Positions 9,090 through 19,307 of a DNA stretch of 64,000 bases are shown here, piece after piece. The stretch lies in assembly GCA_040255585.1 (NCBI GenBank), contig JBDZVI010000004.1:1590-65589 (forward strand), in the 5' to 3' direction. Positions within the stretch are counted from its first letter, which is position 1, and each line of letters starts with the position of its first letter. The notes under the pieces were generated by a model, which saw only the letters and a program-made list of their open reading frames with translations, searched no databases and was not told where the DNA came from. The translations under genes were made by a program, and so were the position numbers. Source of the stretch: Deinococcaceae bacterium. Lineage in GTDB: Bacteria > Deinococcota > Deinococci > Deinococcales > Trueperaceae.

Positions 9090-12000
9090 ATGTTCGACGA
9101 GGTCAGCTCAAACGTCGACTTCCCCGCGCTGGAGAAGCGTGTCATCCAGCTCTGGCAGGAGCGGGACGTCTTCCGGCGCAGCATCGACCGCCCCGCCGAG
9201 CGGGGTGACTGGGTGTTCTTCGAGGGCCCGCCGACGGCGAACGGCAAGCCGGGCGTGCACCACGTCAGCGCCCGCGCCTTCAAGGACCTGTTCCCGCGCT
9301 TCAAGACGATGCAGGGCTACCGCGTCGGCCGCAAGGGCGGTTGGGACACTCACGGCCTGCCGGTCGAGATCGCCATCGAGAAACGCCTCGGCTTCACCAA
9401 CAAGAGCCAGATCGACGAGTACGGCATAGCCGAGTTCAACGCCCTATGCCGCGCCGACGTGTTCAGCAACATCCAGGACTGGAACGCCATGACCGAGCGG
9501 ATCGGCTTCTGGATCGACCTGGCCGACCCTTACATCACCTACACGAACGAGTACATCGAGTCGTGCTGGTGGATCATGAAGGACCTGTTCGACCGCGGTC
9601 TGCTCGTGGAGGACTACAAGACGACCTGGCACAGTCCGTCGTCCAACACGACGCTCGCCTCCCACGAGGTGTCGCTCGGCTACCAGGAGGACGTGGAGGA
9701 CCCGTCCATCTATCCGAAGTTTCCCGCCGTCACGAGCGACCTCGTCGCTCGGGGCGTGGTGGAGCCTTCAGAAGCGCGGCCCGTCAACTTCCTCGCGTGG
9801 ACGACGACGCCATGGACGCTGGCTGCGAACTCCGGCCTGGCAGTGAGGGCCGACGCGGAGTACGCCCTCGTGGAGGCGCCGCTGCGCCGCAAGGAGCCCG
9901 GCGGCCCCCGCGAGCTCTATCTCCTCGCGCGCGAGCTTGCCCCACAGGTCTTCGAGGCGGGGACCTACGAAGTGCTCCGCAGCGTGCCAGGCGCCACCTT
10001 GGCCGGGGTCGGCTACCGGCCCCTTCTGGTCGGGCGCCCCGGCGACGGCGCCGACATGGGCTCCGCCTACCGCGTGGTGACGGACGACTTCGTGAGCCTC
10101 ACCGACGGCACGGGCATCGTGCACGTCGCACCGAGCTACGGTGACCTGGACGTCGGTCGCGCCCACGGCCTGCCGGCCATCTTCTCCGTCGACCTGACCG
10201 GCAAGGTGATGCCCGAGGTGCGCCTCGTTACCGACGCGGCCGTGACGGGCCCTGGACCGTACACCGGGGTCTGGTCAAGGACGCCGACGCGGCCATCACC
10301 GCCGACCTCGACGTTGCCGGTCGGATGTTCGCCTCCGGCACGATCCGTCACGCCTACCCGTTCAACTGGCGCGACGGCAAGCCGCTCATGAACGTCGCCA
10401 AGCGCAGCTGGTACATCCGCACGACGGCCGTCAAGGAGCTCCTGCTCGCCAACAACGACCGCATCGGCTGGCACCCTGACCACGTGCGCACCGGCCGCTT
10501 CGGCAAGTGGCTCGAGAACAACATCGACTGGGCCTTGAGCCGCGAACGCTACTGGGGCGCCCCGATGCCGGTCTGGGAGACGGCGGACGGCGGCAAGAAG
10601 GTATGCGTAGGGTCGGTCGCCGAGCTCGAGCGACTCACCGGCAGGGACCTGAAGGACCTCGACCTGCATCGCCCCTACGTCGACGAGATCACCTTCGAGC
10701 TCGACGGCGAGACTTACCGGCGTGTGCCTTACACGGTCGACGTGTGGTTCGAGTCCGGCGCCATGCCGTACGCGCAGTGGCACTACCTTGGTGCCGCCTC
10801 GAGCGCCGAGGCGCAGGAGCGCCTGGCCGCCAACTTCCCCGCGGACTACATCTGCGAGGCCGTCGACCAGACGCGTGGCTGGTTCTACTCCCTCCACGCG
10901 CTCGCCACGCTCCTGACGGACCCCGGCGACCCGGCCACGGGCCGCCGACCCGGGCCCCTCGCACACTTGAGCGAACCGACTCCCGCGTTCAAGAACGTCA
11001 ACGTGCTCGGCCACATCGTGGACGAGAAGGGCGAGAAGATGTCCAAGTCGAAGGGCAACACGGTCAACCCGTGGACCATCCTCGACGCTCAGGGCGCCGA
11101 CGCGCTGCGCTGGTACCTCTACTCCGCCTCGCCGCCCGAGGCGACGAAGCGCTTCAGCGCCGGGCTCGTGGACGAGACGCTACGCGATTTCTTCCTGACG
11201 CTCTGGAACGTCTACGGCTTCTTCGTGCTCTACGCCAACCTCGAGGAGCCCGACCTCGCCTCCGCCCCGCGCCCGGCCGAGCGCCCGCTCGTTGACCGCT
11301 GGCTCGTCTCGCGCTTGAACGCCGTCGTAGCCGGCGTGACCGCCGCGCTGGAGGACTTCGATCCGACGACGGCGAGCCGCCTCGTGCGCGACTTCGTCGT
11401 CGACGAGGTGAGCAACTGGTACGTGCGCCGGAACCGCCGGCGCTTCTGGCGGTCCGGCCAGGTCCAGGGCGACGGCGGCAAGCGCGTCCTCGACCAGGAC
11501 AGCCTCTCCGCCTACGCCACACTCCACGAGGTGCTCGTGACCGTGGCCAAGCTCATGGCCCCCATGGCCCCCTTCACGAGCGAGGCGCTCTACCAGAACC
11601 TCGTGCTCAACCTCGATGCGCAGGCGCCGGATAGCGTGCACCTCGCCGTCTGGCCGACGTCAGACGCCGCGGCGGTCGACGAGGACCTCATGCGCGACAT
11701 GCGGGCGCTCATGCGCCTGGTCGAGCTGGGCCGGGCGGCGCGGGCGGCCTCGGGCGTCAAGCTCCGCCAGCCCCTGCCCGAGGTCCTCGTGCGCGTGCGC
11801 AGCGAGGAGGAGCTGGCCGGCGTCAAGAACCTCAGCGATCAGCTACTGGACGAGCTGAACGTCAAGGCCGTGCGCTTCCTCGCCGTCACGGACGACTTCG
11901 TCGATTACGCCATCAAGCCGAACCTCCCGCGCCTCGGCAAGCGCGTCGGCAAGCTCATCCCGCAGCTGCGGGTCGCGCTCGAGCGGCTGGACGGTCGGGC

Positions 12001-12487
12001 CGTGGCCGCCGCCGTGCGCGCCGGCAGCGCGGTGAGCGTGACGCTGGCCGACACCACGCTCGAGCTCGAGCCGGAGGACCTGCTCCTCGACGCCAGGAGC
12101 CCGGAGGGGTACGCGGCGCAGGAAGAGCGCGGCTACCTCGTGGCCCTCGACACGCGGGTCAGCCCGGAGCTTCGCCGGGAGGGCCTGGCGCGTGACGTCG
12201 TCCGGCTCGTGCAGAACGCCCGCAAGGCGGCCGGGCTCGACGTCGCCGACCGCATCGTGCTCGGCGTGGCGGCAGGGGGCGAGCTGGCCGAGGCCGTGCG
12301 CGAGCACGGGGCGACGCTGGCCAGGGAGGTCCTGGCCCGTGACGTCCTCGCCAGCGGCGCGGACGCCGCGGTGGCGGACGCCACCTTAGCGGACACCGCC
12401 TTGGCAGGCGTCGCCTTGGCAGGCGCATACGTCGAGCGCCACGAGGTGGACGGTCTGCCGCTCACCATCGCCCTCAAGAAGGCCTGA
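9090..12487 (+). CDS. ileS: isoleucine--tRNA ligase, reading frame broken by an apparent 1-nt indel near 10266-10271
   Basis: ATG 9090 after GAGGTGA. N-terminal part (frame of ORF 8997..10391) has PPTANGKPGVHH (HIGH-type motif). C-terminal part (ORF 10325..12487) has KMSKSKGN (KMSKS). Homology continues in the second frame from about 10268 (GLVKDADAAITADLDVAGRMF..HAYPFNWRDG). Confidence 0.85.
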
Positions 12488-12495
12488 GCTGCCGC

Positions 12496-12530
12496 CTTTC
12501 GGAGGACCGCGGCGGGCGGTCCTCCGAAAG
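12496..12530 (+). terminator. 15-bp perfect hairpin downstream of ileS
   Basis: CTTTCGGAGGACCGC (12496-12510), loop GGCGG, GCGGTCCTCCGAAAG (12516-12530), starting 9 nt after the ileS stop. No U tract. Confidence 0.5.
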
Positions 12531-12556
12531 ACAGCGGCTATAGCGACAGGGACTAA

Positions 12557-13651
<1,095 letters not shown>

Positions 13652-13668
13652 GAGGGGCAGACCAAGAC

Positions 13669-14859
13669 ATGTACCGTCGGGTCGATGACCTGAACGTCGC
13701 CGGCGAACGCGTCCTCGTGCGCGTCGACTTCAACGTGCCCATAAAAGACGGCGTGGTCAAGGACGACACGCGCATAAGCGCCGCGCTCCCGACGCTACGA
13801 GCGTTGCTTGAGCGCGGCGCCACGCTCGTCCTCACGTCGCACCTCGGTCGCCCCAAGGGCGGTCCGGAGGACAAGTACCGCCTCGGGGCCGTCGCCCAGC
13901 GGCTCGGCCAGCTCCTCGGTCGCGAGGTCCGCTACATGCCAACGCCGGGCCCGGCGAGCCCCGAGCAGCAGGCCTTCGTGGCGGCAGCCCCTCCCGGCAG
14001 CGTCACGCTCATCGAGAACAGCCGCTTCGACCCGCGCGAGGAGGCCAACGACCCCGCCCTGGCGCGCATCCTCGCCGGCTACGCGAGCCTGTACGTGAAC
14101 GACGCGTTCGGCGCGGCGCACCGCGCCCACGCGACGACCGAGGGCGTCGCCAGGCTCCTGCCCAACGCCGCCGGCTACCTGATGGACGCCGAGCTCGCCT
14201 CGCTCGCCAGGCTCGTTCGGAACCCCGATCGCCCCTTCGCCGTCGTCCTCGGGGGGGCCAAGGTCAGCGACAAGCTCGGCGTAATCACACGGCTGCTCGA
14301 CCTCGCCGACACGGTCGCCGTCGGCGGGGCCATGGCCTACACGTTCATCGCCGCGCTGGGCGGCAAGGTGGGCAAGTCGCTCGTCGAGCCGGAGCTCTAC
14401 GACACGGCGCGGCGGATCGTGGCCGACGCGGCGGCGCGCGGCGTGCGCCTGCTCCTGCCGAGCGACTCGGTCTGCTCCAGGGCCATCGACGACGGCGCCA
14501 ACGCGAGCGTCCACCCGTCGGACGCGATCCCCGACGACCTCATGGGCCTCGACATAGGACCGGCCGCCCGAGCCGACTTCGGCGCCGCCCTGCAAGGCGC
14601 CGGGACGGTCTTCTGGAACGGGCCACTCGGCGTGTTCGAGACCAAGCCGTTCGACGCCGGCACCATGGCGGTCGGGGCAGCCTTGGCCGCGTCGCCCGCC
14701 TTCACGGTCGTGGGCGGCGGCGACTCCATCGCGGCGCTCAACGCCGCGGGGCTGCTCGGACGCATCTCGCACGTGTCGACGGGCGGCGGGGCCTCCCTCG
14801 AGTACCTGGAGGGCCGGGTACTGCCCGGCGTGGCGGCTCTCGAGCCCGCCGAACCGTGA
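13669..14859 (+). CDS. pgk: phosphoglycerate kinase
   Basis: VLVRVDFNVP, SHLGRPKG, NGPLGVFE and STGGGASLE motifs. ATG 13669 after AGGAGGGG, in frame inside the long ORF 12901..14859. Confidence 0.95.
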   Translation: MYRRVDDLNVAGERVLVRVDFNVPIKDGVVKDDTRISAALPTLRALLERGATLVLTSHLGRPKGGPEDKYRLGAVAQRLGQLLGREVRYMPTPGPASPEQQAFVAAAPPGSVTLIENSRFDPREEANDPALARILAGYASLYVNDAFGAAHRAHATTEGVARLLPNAAGYLMDAELASLARLVRNPDRPFAVVLGGAKVSDKLGVITRLLDLADTVAVGGAMAYTFIAALGGKVGKSLVEPELYDTARRIVADAAARGVRLLLPSDSVCSRAIDDGANASVHPSDAIPDDLMGLDIGPAARADFGAALQGAGTVFWNGPLGVFETKPFDAGTMAVGAALAASPAFTVVGGGDSIAALNAAGLLGRISHVSTGGGASLEYLEGRVLPGVAALEPAEP

Positions 14860-15494
14860 GCTTCCGCCCCTTCCTGCACCTCGACAAAGGGGTCTTCGGT
14901 CGAGCGGACAGCCCGGTGCGCGCCGACGTCGCCAACGTGGCCGGCGACTACACCTACCTGACGCGCGGCTACTACGCCAGCCTCGACGCCGAGCTCGAGG
15001 GCGCCATCGCCATCCCGAGCACGACGGACGCGCTGGACGCCTACGTGGTGGCCATCGCCATGGAGAAGGCGCGGCAGGCGGGCATCCCGGTGCCCGAGTA
15101 CGAGATCGTCACCGACCGCTTCCCGGAGACGCCCATGATGGCGTACCCCATCAACCCGTTCTCGCTGTCCGGCGAGCTCCTGCTGGATCAACAAGCCGTG
15201 GAATCGCGGCGCAAGGGGCTGACGTACACGGGCAAGTACGCCGTGCTGGCCCAGCGCCTCCCGCACGACCACCGCGTCGACGTGGTGCGCCTCGTGCTCG
15301 GACGCACTACCACGGCCGAGTACCAGGAGTTCGGCGCGCGGCTCTTCGAAGTGTTCCGCCTGCCCTTGATGCGCGTGAGGGTCATCGTCACCCTCAAGGC
15401 CTACCAGCTCTCGGCCATCGAACCCTTGCCGTTCAAGGACCTCGACGAGAACGAAAGGGCGGTCCTGGAGGGCCTCGGCACATGGCGCGCCTAG
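14856..15494 (+). CDS. RimK-like ATP-grasp N-terminal (RLAN) domain protein
   Basis: 212-aa ORF with high GC3. GTG start overlaps the pgk stop (GTGA, 14856-14859). Sequence (YYASLDAE.., AYVVAIAMEKARQAGIPVPEYEIV.., RVRVIVTLKAYQLSAIEPLPFKDL) resembles the RLAN domain normally fused upstream of RimK-type ligases. Domain call from memory of the family, not searched. Confidence 0.65.
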   Translation: MSFRPFLHLDKGVFGRADSPVRADVANVAGDYTYLTRGYYASLDAELEGAIAIPSTTDALDAYVVAIAMEKARQAGIPVPEYEIVTDRFPETPMMAYPINPFSLSGELLLDQQAVESRRKGLTYTGKYAVLAQRLPHDHRVDVVRLVLGRTTTAEYQEFGARLFEVFRLPLMRVRVIVTLKAYQLSAIEPLPFKDLDENERAVLEGLGTWRA

Positions 15495-16357
15495 CTATCT
15501 TCACCGAGCGTTACACGATCCGGTCCTCGGTGGAGCTCACGGCCCTGACGAACTTCCGCCTGGCGGCGTTCGAGCTCGGCCACGACCTCGACTTCCTGTT
15601 CAAGAACGAGCTGAAGTACCTGCGGAACTACGACGGTATCTTCATCCGCGCCCTCACGGACCCGCTGAACACGACCTACGTGGTGGCGCGCCAGGCCGAG
15701 ATCCTCGGCAAGCGCGTCCTCGACCACTCGTCTGCCATCCTCATCTGCTGCGACAAGGTCAACATGTACTCGCGGCTGGCCGCGCGCGGCGTGCCCATCC
15801 CCGAGACGCGTTTCCTGGTCGAAAGCGACCTCAACGCCTTGTCGGCCTCGCGGCTCTTCGAGGAGCTCGGCACCCCGCTCGTGCTCAAGGCGCCGAACTC
15901 GAGCTTCAGCGCCTACGTCGACAAGGTGGCCACGCCGGACGCCTTCGTCAAGGTCGGCAAGCGCTTCCTCCGCCGCGCCGATCGCATCGTGGTCCAGCAG
16001 TACATGCCGAGCGAGTTCGACTGGCGCGTGATCACCTTGAACGGCTGCGTCCTTGCGGTCGTCAAGTACGCGTTCGCGCCGGCCCAGTGGCGGCTGATGG
16101 ACCGTACCGACGGCGGCGAGTGGGCGAAGACGAAGGCCATCCACCGGGACGCCGCCAACCCCAAGCTCACGGCCACCGCGCTTGCCGCGGCCAACGCCAT
16201 CGGCACGAGCCTCTACGGCGTCGACATCAAGGAGATCGACGGCGAGTTCTTCGTCATCGAGGTCAACGACAACCCCACCATCGCCGCCGGCGACGAGGAC
16301 CAGGAGAACCCGGAGATCTACGCGGAGATCATCAGTTACCTTGCAGGAGACGTCTGA
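15482..16357 (+). CDS. RimK-family ATP-grasp ligase
   Basis: LVLKAPNSSFS (ATP-binding Lys region), IVVQQYMPSEFDWRVITLNG, and YGVDIKEIDGEFFVIEVNDNP (Mg/ATP-binding E-x-N) are the ATP-grasp/RimK pattern. Overlaps the RLAN ORF by 13 nt in another frame. Confidence 0.8.
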   Translation: MARLAIFTERYTIRSSVELTALTNFRLAAFELGHDLDFLFKNELKYLRNYDGIFIRALTDPLNTTYVVARQAEILGKRVLDHSSAILICCDKVNMYSRLAARGVPIPETRFLVESDLNALSASRLFEELGTPLVLKAPNSSFSAYVDKVATPDAFVKVGKRFLRRADRIVVQQYMPSEFDWRVITLNGCVLAVVKYAFAPAQWRLMDRTDGGEWAKTKAIHRDAANPKLTATALAAANAIGTSLYGVDIKEIDGEFFVIEVNDNPTIAAGDEDQENPEIYAEIISYLAGDV

Positions 16358-17486
16358 TGTTGCCCCACCGCTCCACGACGACCATGGAGCGGTGGCGACC
16401 CCTCCCCCACCTCGTGATCTTGTCGAAGAGTTCCCGCTTGATGGGTAGGTGGACACTGTCGGCCCTGTCGCTCCCCTCGGGGACGATGGGGTCGTGCAGG
16501 TAGATATGGTCGTCGTCGAAGCCCGTCACGACGACCCAGTGCGGCACGCGCGCCGCGTAGAGGCGATGACCCGACACCAGCACGATGGGAACGGCGCCGC
16601 GCTCGATGATGTCGGCCACGTCCTGGTGGCCGAAGTCGCGCAGCTCGACCTTGCCGCCGAAGCCGCGCAGCTCGCGCTCGAAGGTCGTATGCGCGATGCG
16701 GACGACCTCCCGCTTCTCGCCCTGCACCGTCGCCTCGAAGGGGGTACCGGGGTCGGACGTCACCACGCTCGCCTGGAAGCCCCGCCTCAGGGCGGCCACG
16801 GCGATGCCGTGGGCGCTGCAACCTCCGTGGCCCGATAGCAGGAAGACCGTGGTGGCCTCGCGCCACAGGCTCAACTCGAGCCAGCGCTCGAGCGGCACGG
16901 GGTAACCGTGATAGCGCATGGCCATCATGAGCGAAGAAGGCCCACAGGTGAAATCGAGCGTCTGCGGGTAGTAAGGGACGCCGAGCACGGTGGCCCCGCC
17001 CTTGGCGAAGCGCTTGCGCATGCGCAGGGCGGTCGAGTGGTCCTCGTAATAGTCGGCGGTGCGCCCGCTCACCGTGTAGCCAGAAGCGGAGTACAGGGCG
17101 ATGGCGGCGGCGTTGTCCTCGCGCACCTCCAGCCGCATGACGATGGCGCCGCGCTCGCGCGCGCCCTCCTCGGCGGCCGCGAGGAGCCGACGGGCCACGC
17201 CGCGACCCCGGTGCCCGGGACTGACGATCATCGAGTAGAGTCGCGCGGACTCGAAACCGCGTCTGAACAGGACCACGGCGTCACCGACGACCCGGCCGTC
17301 GGCTTCCGCCACCCACACCTCGGCGCTGTCGCGGCCCAACAGCCGGGCGAGCGACGTCCTCGACATGCGGTCGCCCGGGAAGTGGGCCTCGAGGGCGTTG
17401 AGAGCCTCGAGGTCGCCGCGCTCCGCGCGCCTGACGTAGACGCCGGGGTCCGGCTCTGCCTCGGCGCCCGGGCTCTTGGCGGTCAT
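16332..17486 (-). CDS. GNAT N-acetyltransferase fused to papain-like (peptidase C39-like) cysteine peptidase domain
   Basis: N-terminal half has the GNAT acetyl-CoA motif [16 protein letters not shown]-terminal half has [12 protein letters not shown] (candidate nucleophile Cys181, nt 16944-16946), HWVVVTG (candidate His) and LHDP. The ATG overlaps the etfA stop (ATGA, 17483-17486). Confidence 0.75.
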   Translation of the reverse strand: MTAKSPGAEAEPDPGVYVRRAERGDLEALNALEAHFPGDRMSRTSLARLLGRDSAEVWVAEADGRVVGDAVVLFRRGFESARLYSMIVSPGHRGRGVARRLLAAAEEGARERGAIVMRLEVREDNAAAIALYSASGYTVSGRTADYYEDHSTALRMRKRFAKGGATVLGVPYYPQTLDFTCGPSSLMMAMRYHGYPVPLERWLELSLWREATTVFLLSGHGGCSAHGIAVAALRRGFQASVVTSDPGTPFEATVQGEKREVVRIAHTTFERELRGFGGKVELRDFGHQDVADIIERGAVPIVLVSGHRLYAARVPHWVVVTGFDDDHIYLHDPIVPEGSDRADSVHLPIKRELFDKITRWGRGRHRSMVVVERWGNIRRLLQGN

Positions 17487-18433
17487 CGACCCTCTAGCTC
17501 CCCCACCGCCTCGCGTAGCGCGGGCACCACGGCCCCGACGTCACCGACGATGCCGTAGTCGGCGACCTTGAAGATCGGGGCGTCCGGATCCTTGTTGACG
17601 GCCACCACGACCTTGGAGCGGCTCATGCCGGAAAGGTGCTGCACGGCACCAGAGATGCCGAGGGCGACGTAGAGGTCCGGCGCGACGCTCTTGCCCGTCT
17701 GGCCCACCTGCTCGTCGTACGGCCGCCAGCCGGCGTCGACGACGGCACGGGTCGCCGCCACGCCGGCGCTCAGGAGCGCCGCCAAGGGCTCGACCTCGCG
17801 GGCGAACGCCTCGGCGCTGCCCAAGCCGCGACCGCCGGCCACGACGACCTTGGCCTCCTCGAGGGCGACGCGCCCTCCGACTGAGGCGCTGCGCTCGCCC
17901 ACGCCCACGCGCGCGTCCGTGGGAAGCGGCTCGGAGGCGTAAGGCGTCACGACACCCTGCCCGGCCGGTTCGGCGGCCTTGAAGACGTTCGGCTTGACGC
18001 TCACGACGGTGGTGCCGGCCGCCCCGCTCGTGCGGACGGTCTCGGTGACGCGGGCGAGGTAGCTGTAGCGCTTAGCTTGCAGCCCGGCGCCTGCGGTCTC
18101 CAGGGCGATGACGTCCTCGAGGAGCGCGGCGCCGAGGCGCACGGCCACCCGAGGCGCCACGCTCTGGCCGAGGCGGTTGGCGCTGAAGAGCAGCGTGGCG
18201 GCCCCGGACTCGCCGGCCAACCGGCACACGGTGGTCGTGACGGCTTCGGCCACCAGTTGGTCGGCGGCCACGTGGTGGACCGTCGGCACGTAGGCGGCCA
18301 ACGCGTCGGCGGCGGCGCGCTGACCGACGACGACGGCGACGACGTCCTGCGAGAGGCTTCTAGCCACGGAGACGAGTTCGAGGGCGCTCTTGGCGAGGCG
18401 ACCGTCGAGGGAGGTGGTGATGACGAGTACCAT
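17483..18433 (-). CDS. etfA: electron transfer flavoprotein subunit alpha
   Basis: MVLVITTS.. start (ATG 18433 after AAGGAAGG); FAD-binding C-terminal region [32 protein letters not shown]. The longer ORF to 18937 is an Arg/Gly-rich artefact overlapping etfB. Confidence 0.9.
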   Translation of the reverse strand: MVLVITTSLDGRLAKSALELVSVARSLSQDVVAVVVGQRAAADALAAYVPTVHHVAADQLVAEAVTTTVCRLAGESGAATLLFSANRLGQSVAPRVAVRLGAALLEDVIALETAGAGLQAKRYSYLARVTETVRTSGAAGTTVVSVKPNVFKAAEPAGQGVVTPYASEPLPTDARVGVGERSASVGGRVALEEAKVVVAGGRGLGSAEAFAREVEPLAALLSAGVAATRAVVDAGWRPYDEQVGQTGKSVAPDLYVALGISGAVQHLSGMSRSKVVVAVNKDPDAPIFKVADYGIVGDVGAVVPALREAVGELEGR

Positions 18434-18444
18434 GGCAGCCTTCC

Positions 18445-19200
18445 TTAGATGACCTTGGCCTCGTCGCGCAGGAGGCGGACGAGTTCCCTGGCGGCGCTGA
18501 CGGCGTCGCCTTCGACGATGTGACCGCGGCGGCCCTGCGTCTGGATGTCCTGCGACACCAGTTCTGTGAGGGCGGCGCCCGGCGCGAACTCGGCGAGCTC
18601 GCGCTTGACCAGTTCCTTGCGCTTGGCCTTCATGATGTTGGGGAGCGTGGGGTAGCGGGGCTCGTTCAACCCCTGCTGGGTCGTGACAACCGCGGGAAGG
18701 GGCATGGTCAAAGCCTCCTGTCCGCCGTCGACGTCGTGCTTGACGTGCGCGACGCCGCCGCTGACGCTGAGCGCCGTCGTCCAGTCGGAGTGGGGCCACC
18801 CCAGGGCCTCGGCTAGAGCCGGCCCGAGGGCGGCGCTGTCCCAGTCCGCCTGCTTGCCGCCGACGAAGACGAGCTCGGCGCCCTCCGCCTGAACCACCTT
18901 GGCGAGGACCCGGGCCTGGGTGACGGGGTCCAGCCACGCGTCCGTCTCGATGTGGACGGCACGATCGGCTCCAAGCGCCAACGCGGTGCGCAGCGCCTCC
19001 TCGGAGCGGGCCGGCCCGAGGGCAAGAGCTAGGATCTCGAGCTCCAGACCCCCCTCGCGCAGGCGGATCGCCTCCTCGACACCGTACTCGTCCATGCCGT
19101 CCATCACGAAGGTGACCCCGCCGAGGTCTACCTTCCCGCCCGCCGCACGGATGCGCGCTTCGGCGTCGGGCACCTGCTTGATGATCGTCACTGCCTTCAC
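18445..19200 (-). CDS. etfB: electron transfer flavoprotein subunit beta
   Basis: [12 protein letters not shown]..; [26 protein letters not shown]; GTG start after GGAGG; 11 nt upstream of etfA. Confidence 0.9.
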   Translation of the reverse strand: MKAVTIIKQVPDAEARIRAAGGKVDLGGVTFVMDGMDEYGVEEAIRLREGGLELEILALALGPARSEEALRTALALGADRAVHIETDAWLDPVTQARVLAKVVQAEGAELVFVGGKQADWDSAALGPALAEALGWPHSDWTTALSVSGGVAHVKHDVDGGQEALTMPLPAVVTTQQGLNEPRYPTLPNIMKAKRKELVKRELAEFAPGAALTELVSQDIQTQGRRGHIVEGDAVSAARELVRLLRDEAKVI

Positions 19201-19307
19201 TTACCTACCTCCAGGGGCGCCCGGTGGGGGCGCCGGCGTGGCATCGTCGTCCCACGGCCGAGGGCGAGCGGCAGCCGGCCGCTTGCGCCCCCTAGCACAT
19301 GCTGGCC

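Noticed and set aside
8621-9304. 227-aa minus-strand ORF, plus other small ORFs, filling the rho-ileS intergenic region.
   Set aside because: The region is explained by the ileS T-box leader and the rho 5' region. The ORF runs antisense through the T-box and into ileS and has an implausible composition.
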